A stretch of 32,000 nt of DNA from Breznakia sp. PF5-3 (GTDB taxonomy: Bacteria > Bacillota_I > Bacilli_A > Erysipelotrichales > Erysipelotrichaceae). Position 1 is the first letter of the stretch, and the number at the start of each line of letters is the position of its first letter. Shown piece by piece: positions 8,222-16,427 of the stretch. The notes below the pieces were generated by a model that was not told the DNA's origin, did not search any database, and saw only the letters and a list, made by a program, of their open reading frames with translations. Location: NCBI RefSeq assembly GCF_029504745.1, contig NZ_JAQFIQ010000007.1, positions 36,047 through 68,046 on the forward strand, written 5' to 3'. The position numbers and the translations under genes were made by a program.

Positions 8222-9547
8222 ATGAGCAGATTGAAAAAAGAAGAGATTCAAAAATTTCTAGATGGAGACGATAGTGTTTTTCCTGAGATTTTTGCTGCTT
8301 ATCGTAATAAGATTAATTATCTTGCGATAGAAATCTTACGAAACCAGGCAGATTGTGAGGAAGTAGTTCAAAATACGTTTATTAAAATCATTACCAAACG
8401 TAAGGATTTACGTGATGCTAGTGCTTTTAATACATGGATTTATCGAATTGCTTACAACGACTGTATGGATATATATCGGCAAAATAAAAAGGGTAAAACA
8501 GGTATGAATAATGACTACACTCTAGAAAATTATTCTGACAACAAAGGAGAGCCAAACGATGTGGTGAGTAAAAAGGCAATTTTAGAAGCAATTCAAAGCG
8601 AAATTGATGGCCTTCCAGAGGATATGAAACAAGTGTGTTTGTTAAGATTCGTTGGTGAATGTAGCCTTGAAGAAATCTCTGAAATCATGAGTATTCCAAA
8701 AGGCACAGTAAAGAGTAGGCTAAACAGGGCAAAAGTAAAACTTCGAGAAGGGCTGGTTGATAAGCATGTGACTCCAGCAATCTATATGTCATTGTCATTT
8801 ACACCTTTGGTATTTAAGTTGTATGCATCGTTAGTAAAACAACAAGAGATGCAACCACTTGTAGAAACAAAAGTTGCTAAAGTTATTGAAAACGCAACAG
8901 GAGTAACAGCAGGAGTAACGGTCGCAAGCGGAGGAATGATTATAGGATTTGGTAGTGCAGTAATAGGAACATCTATATTATTAGCATTATTTGGCACTTA
9001 TACGATTATAAATCCAATTATTGATCAAACGGCTGAAGTTGTAAAAATTGAGGAAATCAATTATTTGAAAGATCTTACAAATGAAAATTTGCAGATTGTT
9101 CTCATGTTCAGTGGAGAACCAGATGCAAAAGATATTAGTATAACATTTGTTGATGAAAATACAACGATCGAGGCTGAATCCGTTGACAATGAAAACTACA
9201 TGTTTGTTGCGAAGGCGAATGGAACATATCATGTAGAGTATGGTGGGGTAGCACAGGATATCAAAGTTGATAACATTGACAAGCAAAGCCCTAAATTGAA
9301 AAGTTTAGAAAAGGAAGAAGGATTACTTAAGATTATAGGTAGTGATGATTTTTCTGGCATTGATTTCGATAAATCATACGTTGAAGAGGGTTCCAATAAG
9401 TTTGATTTGATCAAAATTGATGATACATCTGCATTTTTCAAAGATGCAGTTAAGAAAAAGGCAAAGCTGTATTTGTATGATAAGGTAGGAAATTACCAGG
9501 TCTATGAGATCAATGCAACAGATACAGTGAGCAATACAGATGGGTAG
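8222..9547 (+). CDS. ECF-type sigma-70 family factor fused to a TM helix and a C-terminal extracytoplasmic domain (paralogue A)
   Basis: Region 2: EEVVQNTFIKI..FNTWIYRIAYNDCMDIYRQ. Region 4: LPEDMKQVCLLRFVGECSLEEISEIMSIPKGTVKSRLNRAKVKL. One hydrophobic helix (GGMIIGFGSAVIGTSILLALFG, about 8927-9007) is followed by about 180 aa homologous to the tail of the 21744 gene. Confidence 0.85.
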   Translation: MSRLKKEEIQKFLDGDDSVFPEIFAAYRNKINYLAIEILRNQADCEEVVQNTFIKIITKRKDLRDASAFNTWIYRIAYNDCMDIYRQNKKGKTGMNNDYTLENYSDNKGEPNDVVSKKAILEAIQSEIDGLPEDMKQVCLLRFVGECSLEEISEIMSIPKGTVKSRLNRAKVKLREGLVDKHVTPAIYMSLSFTPLVFKLYASLVKQQEMQPLVETKVAKVIENATGVTAGVTVASGGMIIGFGSAVIGTSILLALFGTYTIINPIIDQTAEVVKIEEINYLKDLTNENLQIVLMFSGEPDAKDISITFVDENTTIEAESVDNENYMFVAKANGTYHVEYGGVAQDIKVDNIDKQSPKLKSLEKEEGLLKIIGSDDFSGIDFDKSYVEEGSNKFDLIKIDDTSAFFKDAVKKKAKLYLYDKVGNYQVYEINATDTVSNTDG

Positions 9548-9647
9548 TTTCATAAAATTAGGTCTATGAAACAATACACTGTATATCCATAAAGCAATTT
9601 ATGGAGAAGTGAAAGATTATAAAATTAGAATGGAGGGAGTGAAAGTT

Positions 9648-12600
9648 TTGAGACGTAAATACGTAAAAACATTAAAGATGTTTAAAAGGTGTTTTCTTAC
9701 AGCACTGGCATTAGGTATTACACTTACGGCAATAAACCTGCCAAAAATGGATATCCATGCTCAAACAGAGGATGTTCGCTATGATTTGCAAACGGAATTA
9801 AGCGAAGATAAAAAAGAACTTCGTATTGATTTATTAGCTTATGCAAATAGGAATGATGTTGAAATAACGGCGATTGGTAACCCTGATGGGACCATCACGG
9901 ATGGAGCAAAAACGTCATATGTTTCTGTAACAAATGAAACATTGACATTTGTGGTGAACTACAAAATATTAGAAGAGAAAGATGGAAAAATAAAAGAAAT
10001 CTCAAAGACAAAAGAAGTTGAATATGAGGTGGATCAATTTGGTAAAGAAGAAGAGGCACAGCCTCAAGCATTAAGTGATCCATTGGCACCATTTTCATCT
10101 TTAAAAGCAAATATGAGTTTTAGAAATGCTTTTAATGTATCTCATACAAAAGATGGGTTATACTATCTTTCTGATAATTCTATGGAATTAGGGTATCACT
10201 ATAATGAATATGTGAAATTTTTGCTTAGCAAAGCACGTTGTACTACATCAAAGTATTGGGAAGGCTGGTATGCGAAGTTTGCTGCAGTATCAAAATATAA
10301 AGTTGATTTCTCAAAAGATTTTAAAGTTACAAACGTAATATCTTCAAATCCAACATTATATGGAGATGGGTTCACGTTAGGATTTCAAACAGATCCAAAC
10401 TTTACATATACAACAGGTAAAGGGGGTTCTATAGGAGTTTACCGTAATGGTAGTGACTATGGGGCTCGCAATGGTGTAGTATTTGAAGTTGATTATCATG
10501 ATAACTCTCCAGATGGAATGTGGCATGATATAGGATTAGGTGGAAATCACTTAGCAATTCATACAACGGATGCTTATGGAAATGAATCAACTCCAGTTGC
10601 TTCTTGGTTCGGTGTAAAACACACAGGAAGTCTAACTGCATTCAATGTGACTTGGACAATTACAGATAAAGCTACAAACACTGGGACATTGACATTTACA
10701 TATGGAACATACAATTTGAAATATACAAATTTCAGACCACATGAAGTATTTGGTGGGTCAGTAAACAATCCTACAGCAGCATATTTAACATATACTGGAG
10801 TAATCTTGAAAGATTATGGTTCAAATAACAAACCATTCCAAATCACAATGACAGATTATTCTTATCTTGAAGATGAAGTAACTGCAAGTGATGGATTTAT
10901 TACCCAAACTCAAGCAAAAGCTTTGGCAAACCAAAATGGATTAATTCTTTATAACAATGCATCTGCAGTTTCTACTGCTGGAGATAGTGTTACACCTACG
11001 GTTTCAACACCTGCATGGAGCAACATTAAATCTGGTTTAGTAGGTACTTATGATGTGACATATGCTTATGGAACAGCATCAAAAACAGTAAAATTAAGCG
11101 TAATTAAAGATGGATCAATCATTTCACCAAACAAGGATTTCTCACTTTATGCAGAAAATGCTTCCTTGTTACAAAGTGAAGCAATTGCATTAAGTTCAAT
11201 GAATGATTTAGTATCTGTTCATGATGCAAGTGTAACGATGGCAAATGGAACGCTTCTTGCACCAAATGCAACAACAAGTGCTTGGTCATCAATCAAAGCT
11301 GGGGTTGTAGGAAATTACGTGATTACTTTCTATTATGGAACAGGATCAAACTACACAGCAAAAAACGTTACATTATCAGTTGTTGCTGATAAGAAACATG
11401 AAATATATGCAAGTGATGGATTTATTACCCAATCACAAGCTAAGGCACTTACGAGTATGCAAGGATTTATTCCTTACAACCAAGCAAAAGTAATTACTAA
11501 TGAAGGTGTTACTACGGTGCCAAGTACCGTTGCTACGAACTATTGGAATGAAATTAACACAGGAACAATCGGTTCTTATAACGTTACATATTCTTATGGA
11601 TCAGGAACAGCAAGAGTATCAAAAACAGTAAAATTAAATGTTGTGAAAGATGGAACTGTGTTCCCTCCAGATAACAGTTTTGCATTATATGCAGAAGATG
11701 GTTTTATTAAACAAAGTCAAGCAAAAGCACTTACATCAACAAGCCAATTAATACCTTATAACAATGCGAGCGTAACATTGGCTGATGGAAGTAGTGATGT
11801 ACCATTCGTTAGTTTAAATACTTGGTCAAATATTGTGAGTGGAACGATTGGTAGCTACGATATCGTATATATGTATGGTGCTGGTGCTAACCTTAAATAT
11901 AAAGTTGTGAAATTAAACGTTATTGAAGATGGTGGTATTATTGCACCAGATAAGAGTTTTGCATTATATGCAGATAATGGAACGATTTCACAAACCCAAG
12001 CATCTGCACTTACAGGTACATCACAATTAATCCCTTATAACAATGCGAAAGTAATTTTGGCGAACGGAACACGTGCAGAACCAAATGTATCTGCTCCAAC
12101 GTATAGCGAAATTGTGAGTGGGGTTGTAAAGACTCATAAAGTTACATATAGTTATGGAGTGCTTACAAACAAAGTATCTAAAGAAGTAGACTTACAATTA
12201 ATTGCTGATAAGCGTCATGAAGTTCGCGCAGAAGATGGCTTCATTTATGCAACACAAGCGAAAGCATTAACAAATCAAAGTGAATTAATTCCATTTAATA
12301 GTGCAAGTGTTATAACAAACACTGGTCAAAGTGCACAACCGGTTGTAACAACAGGAAGTTGGGCTAACATTGTAGCTGGGGTAACTGGTTCATATGATAT
12401 TACTTATAGCTATGGAAGTGGAACAACACAAGGATCAAAAACAGTAGTCTTGAATGTTGTACCAGATGGAACAATATTCCCACCAGATAAAGCATTTGCA
12501 GTATATGCAGAAGATGGTTTAATCAATGTGGAACAAGCGAAGAAGTTAACAGCACAAAAAGATCTTATTCCATATAACTCAGCATATGTAATGTTGAAAA

Positions 12601-14645
12601 ATGGAACGATTGTAGATCCAGATGTATCTACTTGGGATTGGGTAAAAATCTCAGCTGGAATTGAAGGAACATATGATGTTAACTATGGTTATACAATTAT
12701 GCCGAATACGGTTCAAAAAGGTGTAAAACTTACTGTAACAAAAGGTACAACACCACCAAGTAATTCATTCTCATTATATGCTAGAGATGGATTTGTATAT
12801 GAAGATCAAGCAAAAGCATTTACTGCCCAAAAAGATATGATTCCATTCAATGATGCTTTTGTAACATTGAAGGATGGATCAAGTGTAGATCCACAAGTTG
12901 CAACACCTCATTGGTCAGCAATTAAGGATGGAACAATTGGTTCATATCCAGTAACATATGGTTATACAAAGGGTAGTGAATCATTATCAAGTGTTGTGAA
13001 ATTGAATGTTGTAGAAAATGGTTCTACCATTTCACCAGGACAAGATTTTGCAATTTATGCTAAGAATGGAATTATTCAACAATCATCTGCACAAGCATTG
13101 ATTAGCTTGAATGATTTAATTCCTTACAATGGTGCAAAAGTTACCCTTAAAGATGGTAGTGAAGCTACGCCAACGGTAACAACAGCAGATTGGACAGCAA
13201 TTCGTGCAGGAGTATTGGGTACATATTCAATTACCTATAGTTATGGTAGTGGTACGAATACAGCATCTAAAGTGGTAACACTAAGAGTAGTACCAGATGG
13301 AAATCCTTCACCAGAAGGAGACTTCATCTTATATGCTTCAAATGGATTCATTTCAAAAGAGCAGGCGATGGCTATTACAAGTCAAAAAGATTTGATTCCA
13401 TATAACAAAGCATCCGTTATCAAGGACGATGGTAGCGATGCAGAACCATCTGTATCAACAACTAGTTATGCAGATATTAAAGCTGGTAAATTAGGTGTTT
13501 ACAATGTAACATATCGTTATGGATTTGGTACAAACTTAGTTTCAAAAACAGTGAAACTTACAGTTCATGATGGTACTCCTTCACCAGGAGGAAATTATGT
13601 ATTAAATGCTAAAGATGGTTTAATTTCTAAAAGCGAAGCAAAAGCATTAAGTTCAACAGCAGACTTAATTGCAATTAACGACGCATCTGTTTGGATGAAT
13701 GATGGATCAACTGATGTTCCAGTGGTTACAATGCTACCACTTAATTGGTTATCTTTAAATGAAGGTATTATCAATAGCTATCCAGTTCTTTATAGTTATG
13801 GAAGTGGTAGTGATTATACACAAAAAACAGTTCGTGTAACAGTGTATGATGATGGTGGTATCATATCTCCAAATAAAGACTTTGTATTAAATGCTAAGAA
13901 TGCAGTATTAACACAAAGTGAAGCAAAAACTTTAACAAGTGCAAGTGACTTAACCGTTTATAATGATGCTCTTGTTAGTTATGCAAATGGTAACAAAGCA
14001 ATTCCAAATACAACAGCTACAGAATTTGCTTCTATTAAAAGTGGTGTAGTAGGAACTTACAATGTAACATATGATTATGGTACAGGATCTAATTACACAG
14101 AAAAAGCAGTGAAATTAGTAGTTGTAAAGGATGGCGCATTGATTGCACCAGATCGTAGTTTTGCGATTTATGCAGAAGATGTAACATTGAATCAAGATGA
14201 GGCACGCGCATTGACAAACAAAAATCAAATTACAAGTTTGGCACACGCGATGGTCTATATTGCAGATGGAACAACAGCAACACCTACGTTGTCACTTCCA
14301 GATTGGGATGATATCAAAGCAGGTATTTCAAATGATTATGCTGCTGATTTCACATATCAAGATGTAACAGGTAGTATTAATATAAAAGTTACGCAAGAAT
14401 ATGTAACAAGATATCTATTTGACTATGATAATAACAAACGTATTGATGTTATTGATTATGCTTATTTTGCAAGTTACTATAGTGGTGCAACACCAATGTC
14501 TCCATTGGCTTGGGCATTAACAGATTACCCACCAGGAGATGGACGTATCGATGTTATCGATTTAGCACACTTTAAACGTCATTACAGCGATTCGACACTT
14601 CCATTGGTTGAAGTAGAAGTACCAGCAGATTGGCGCTTAGAATAA
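9648..14645 (+). CDS. giant secreted protein: signal peptide, small N-terminal module, L-type-lectin-like domain, 13 x ~90-aa repeats, C-terminal dockerin-like module
   Basis: One uninterrupted frame. The track starts at GTG 9609, but TTG 9648 sits 8 nt after GGAGGGAG and yields a normal signal peptide (RRKYVKTLKMFKRCFLTALALGITL). Domain evidence is given in the separate entries. Confidence 0.9.
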   Translation: MRRKYVKTLKMFKRCFLTALALGITLTAINLPKMDIHAQTEDVRYDLQTELSEDKKELRIDLLAYANRNDVEITAIGNPDGTITDGAKTSYVSVTNETLTFVVNYKILEEKDGKIKEISKTKEVEYEVDQFGKEEEAQPQALSDPLAPFSSLKANMSFRNAFNVSHTKDGLYYLSDNSMELGYHYNEYVKFLLSKARCTTSKYWEGWYAKFAAVSKYKVDFSKDFKVTNVISSNPTLYGDGFTLGFQTDPNFTYTTGKGGSIGVYRNGSDYGARNGVVFEVDYHDNSPDGMWHDIGLGGNHLAIHTTDAYGNESTPVASWFGVKHTGSLTAFNVTWTITDKATNTGTLTFTYGTYNLKYTNFRPHEVFGGSVNNPTAAYLTYTGVILKDYGSNNKPFQITMTDYSYLEDEVTASDGFITQTQAKALANQNGLILYNNASAVSTAGDSVTPTVSTPAWSNIKSGLVGTYDVTYAYGTASKTVKLSVIKDGSIISPNKDFSLYAENASLLQSEAIALSSMNDLVSVHDASVTMANGTLLAPNATTSAWSSIKAGVVGNYVITFYYGTGSNYTAKNVTLSVVADKKHEIYASDGFITQSQAKALTSMQGFIPYNQAKVITNEGVTTVPSTVATNYWNEINTGTIGSYNVTYSYGSGTARVSKTVKLNVVKDGTVFPPDNSFALYAEDGFIKQSQAKALTSTSQLIPYNNASVTLADGSSDVPFVSLNTWSNIVSGTIGSYDIVYMYGAGANLKYKVVKLNVIEDGGIIAPDKSFALYADNGTISQTQASALTGTSQLIPYNNAKVILANGTRAEPNVSAPTYSEIVSGVVKTHKVTYSYGVLTNKVSKEVDLQLIADKRHEVRAEDGFIYATQAKALTNQSELIPFNSASVITNTGQSAQPVVTTGSWANIVAGVTGSYDITYSYGSGTTQGSKTVVLNVVPDGTIFPPDKAFAVYAEDGLINVEQAKKLTAQKDLIPYNSAYVMLKNGTIVDPDVSTWDWVKISAGIEGTYDVNYGYTIMPNTVQKGVKLTVTKGTTPPSNSFSLYARDGFVYEDQAKAFTAQKDMIPFNDAFVTLKDGSSVDPQVATPHWSAIKDGTIGSYPVTYGYTKGSESLSSVVKLNVVENGSTISPGQDFAIYAKNGIIQQSSAQALISLNDLIPYNGAKVTLKDGSEATPTVTTADWTAIRAGVLGTYSITYSYGSGTNTASKVVTLRVVPDGNPSPEGDFILYASNGFISKEQAMAITSQKDLIPYNKASVIKDDGSDAEPSVSTTSYADIKAGKLGVYNVTYRYGFGTNLVSKTVKLTVHDGTPSPGGNYVLNAKDGLISKSEAKALSSTADLIAINDASVWMNDGSTDVPVVTMLPLNWLSLNEGIINSYPVLYSYGSGSDYTQKTVRVTVYDDGGIISPNKDFVLNAKNAVLTQSEAKTLTSASDLTVYNDALVSYANGNKAIPNTTATEFASIKSGVVGTYNVTYDYGTGSNYTEKAVKLVVVKDGALIAPDRSFAIYAEDVTLNQDEARALTNKNQITSLAHAMVYIADGTTATPTLSLPDWDDIKAGISNDYAADFTYQDVTGSINIKVTQEYVTRYLFDYDNNKRIDVIDYAYFASYYSGATPMSPLAWALTDYPPGDGRIDVIDLAHFKRHYSDSTLPLVEVEVPADWRLE
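10101..10884 (+). other. L-type (legume-like, ConA-fold) lectin-like domain
   Basis: YGDGFTLGFQTDPN...GKGGSIGVY...ARNGVVFEVDYHDNSPDGMWHDIGLGGNHLAIHT follows the remembered consensus aDGlaF...gggG.lG...n..vaVEFDt..N...D....HigI. Confidence 0.55.
10887..14380 (+). repeat. 13 tandem in-frame copies of a ~90-aa (~270-bp) module
   Basis: The recurrent pattern is LYA-DGFI-Q-QAKALT----LIPYN-A-V-L-DG----P-V----W--I--G--GSYDVTYSYG-G----K-VKLNVV-DG. The copies are diverged at DNA level. Confidence 0.85.
14418..14588 (+). other. dockerin-like module (two Ca-loop/helix segments)
   Basis: FDYDNNKRIDVIDYAYFASYY ... GDGRIDVIDLAHFKRHY. Asp/Asn sit at loop positions 1, 3, 5, 9 and 12, as in dockerin EF-hand-like repeats. 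Confidence 0.7.
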
Positions 14646-14700
14646 GCGAATATCGTAAATTTACATCATCAATTGATGTAGAAAGTATAGCTTTAGGTAA

Positions 14701-14728
14701 AGAGGATGCTAACGCATTCTCTTTTTTT
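14701..14728 (+). terminator. intrinsic terminator after the lectin/dockerin gene
   Basis: agaggatgc (14701-14709) / gcattctct (14714-14722): 9 bp including one G:U pair, loop taac, then a T-run of 6-7. Confidence 0.75.
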
Positions 14729-14748
14729 ACATTTTTTTATGAATTTAT

Positions 14749-14777
14749 GGAACCTTTTGCGCTGGATTCCGTCGATA
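14749..14777 (+). promoter_or_regulatory. ECF-type promoter candidate A2 (GGAACCTTTT-N-CGTCGATAT) in front of the cohesin-like gene cluster
   Basis: GGAACC 14749-14754, 15-nt spacer, CGTCGATA 14770-14777. It lies downstream of the 14701 terminator and about 55 nt before ATG 14835. Confidence 0.55.
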
Positions 14778-14834
14778 TTACAGAAAGGAGCATTTTACAT
14801 TGTAATTTTTATTTTATGTAAAGAGGAGGACGAA

Positions 14835-16367
14835 ATGAAATTGAAAATAAAGAGTAATAAATTCAAGATCCTGGCAGTTGTAGTTTTGGCTGCTATTGTG
14901 GCAATCCCAAGTATGTTGGCAGCAAAGCCTATGGATACGAAAGCGGATGAAGTAGATGGCGAACCTACTTTTGATATTGCACCAATACATCAGGTAACTA
15001 GAAATGATGGAGGAGGAGCATATGGAACACATGCTCAACAAAGCTATGTAGAAGATGGTGTTCAATATTATCGTAATGGCGATATTATTGAAGTAAGCAT
15101 CATGCTTCCTAAAGGACACGGTGCGACCGTATTCCAAGATGTTGTAAAATATGACGAAGAGAAATTAACATTAATTTCACCTTTCACAGATATTAAAGCA
15201 ACATTATCTAAAAACTATTTAGATAAAAGATGGTCAACAGAAGTGTCAAACCCAAATGCAGATACTTCACGTATTTTAGTATTTGGATCAGCAGCAGATT
15301 TTACAACTGGTGCTGAATACCAAGGTGGTAGTGTTGCTAGAATGTATTTCCGCGTTAATAATAATGTGGAATCTGATGCAGGTACAGCAATTACATTTGA
15401 ATTCCCAGAATTCCAAACCGCTGGATATTCAAATGGAAAAGTTGTATATACACACAGAGGATATGATGCAAATAACGATGCAGCTACTGCATTCTATCAA
15501 GCAGAACCAGTTACAATATATGCAAAAACACCTTCAAAAACAGTAAATGCACCAACCCTTAACTTGAAGAATAGTTCAGCAACTATTTATGAAGGAGATT
15601 TATTTGATCCAGCTTCATACATAAGCAATGCTTCTTGTGAGGTTGATAAATCAGTAAGCAAAGACACTGTTGATATTAGTGAAGGAACTGGAGTTTATAC
15701 AAAACATCAACCAGCAGCTGGAACTTATGTTTATAAATACAGCGTAACAAGTAGTACAGGAAAATCAACAGAGAAACAATTGTCTTTAAAAGTAACAGCA
15801 AGAACATATACAGTTGCTTCTATCGATGTAGATTCTAAAAAAATATCATTGCCTGTTGGAACAGCAAGTTCTGATTTAGAAGCAATGATTAATGAGATGA
15901 AAAAAGAAGACTTTAATGTAACTATTACTTGTAATGATGGTTCTAAATTTGTTGTTCCAGGAAAAGTATTGAATGGAAAAACAGATACTTACCGTATTGA
16001 TGAAAACGATAAGTTATTAGCACAAACATTTAATGTTAACTTTACATTAGCATTGCCACTTGTTTCTTATGGAACAGATGGATCAAGAATTGTAACGCCA
16101 TACAATGGAAGTTCAAGTTTTGTAAGTAATGTTGGAAATGGAAGAGCGGATGCAAAAGTTCCTGTTATTATCGGTACAGGTAATTCAGGAGGAAACAATA
16201 CTGGAGGAAATTCTTCAGGAAAACCATCTACTGCACCTACAGCAGGAAGTAGTAATGGTAGTGGTTCTGCAGCTTCAACAGGGGATACAACAAATGTAAC
16301 ATTCCTTGCAGTATTAGCTATTTTATCAGCAGGATTTATCGTACGTTCAAAATTTAAAAAACAATAA
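14835..16367 (+). CDS. surface protein: signal peptide, cohesin-like domain, Ig-like region, G/S/N-rich linker, C-terminal sorting-signal-like tail
   Basis: The real start is ATG 14835, after aagaggagga. The track's 14706 extension crosses a terminator and a promoter. Signal peptide KILAVVVLAAIVAIPSMLAA. The tail is STGDTTN plus a hydrophobic stretch plus RSKFKKQ. Confidence 0.85.
   Translation: MKLKIKSNKFKILAVVVLAAIVAIPSMLAAKPMDTKADEVDGEPTFDIAPIHQVTRNDGGGAYGTHAQQSYVEDGVQYYRNGDIIEVSIMLPKGHGATVFQDVVKYDEEKLTLISPFTDIKATLSKNYLDKRWSTEVSNPNADTSRILVFGSAADFTTGAEYQGGSVARMYFRVNNNVESDAGTAITFEFPEFQTAGYSNGKVVYTHRGYDANNDAATAFYQAEPVTIYAKTPSKTVNAPTLNLKNSSATIYEGDLFDPASYISNASCEVDKSVSKDTVDISEGTGVYTKHQPAAGTYVYKYSVTSSTGKSTEKQLSLKVTARTYTVASIDVDSKKISLPVGTASSDLEAMINEMKKEDFNVTITCNDGSKFVVPGKVLNGKTDTYRIDENDKLLAQTFNVNFTLALPLVSYGTDGSRIVTPYNGSSSFVSNVGNGRADAKVPVIIGTGNSGGNNTGGNSSGKPSTAPTAGSSNGSGSAASTGDTTNVTFLAVLAILSAGFIVRSKFKKQ
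14961..15531 (+). other. cohesin-like domain, copy 1
   Basis: GDIIEVSIMLP..ATVFQDVVKYDEEKLTLIS..RILVFGSA..GGSVARMYFRV..GTAITFEF, compared with remembered CipA cohesin GDTVNIPVRF..CDFVYSYDPNVLEIIEI..KIIVFLFA..GVFATIVAKV..SVIKFVEV. Confidence 0.6.
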
Positions 16368-16381
16368 AAGAAAAGACAGAT

Positions 16382-16412
16382 GTAGAAAAGGTGTTTTATA
16401 CATCTTTTCTAC
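16382..16412 (+). promoter_or_regulatory. intergenic stem-loop without U-tract (two alternative registers)
   Basis: gtagaaaag (16382-16390) pairs with cttttctac (16404-16412). Alternatively agatgta (16378-16384) pairs with tacatct (16399-16405). It is followed directly by the RBS aggaggg. Confidence 0.4.
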
Positions 16413-16427
16413 CATGTAGGAGGGAAA

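Noticed and set aside
10887-14380. Regular ~270-bp periodicity that might suggest a CRISPR-like or satellite array
   Set aside because: The periodicity lies entirely inside one open reading frame and is conserved at protein level rather than DNA level. There is no repeat/spacer alternation and there are no cas genes.
14630-14834. ORF 14630..14821 and the 43-codon N-terminal extension of track ORF 14706..16367
   Set aside because: Both cross the strong terminator at 14701-14728 and the promoter-like motif at 14749-14777. ATG 14835 has a perfect AGGAGG RBS and yields a normal signal peptide.
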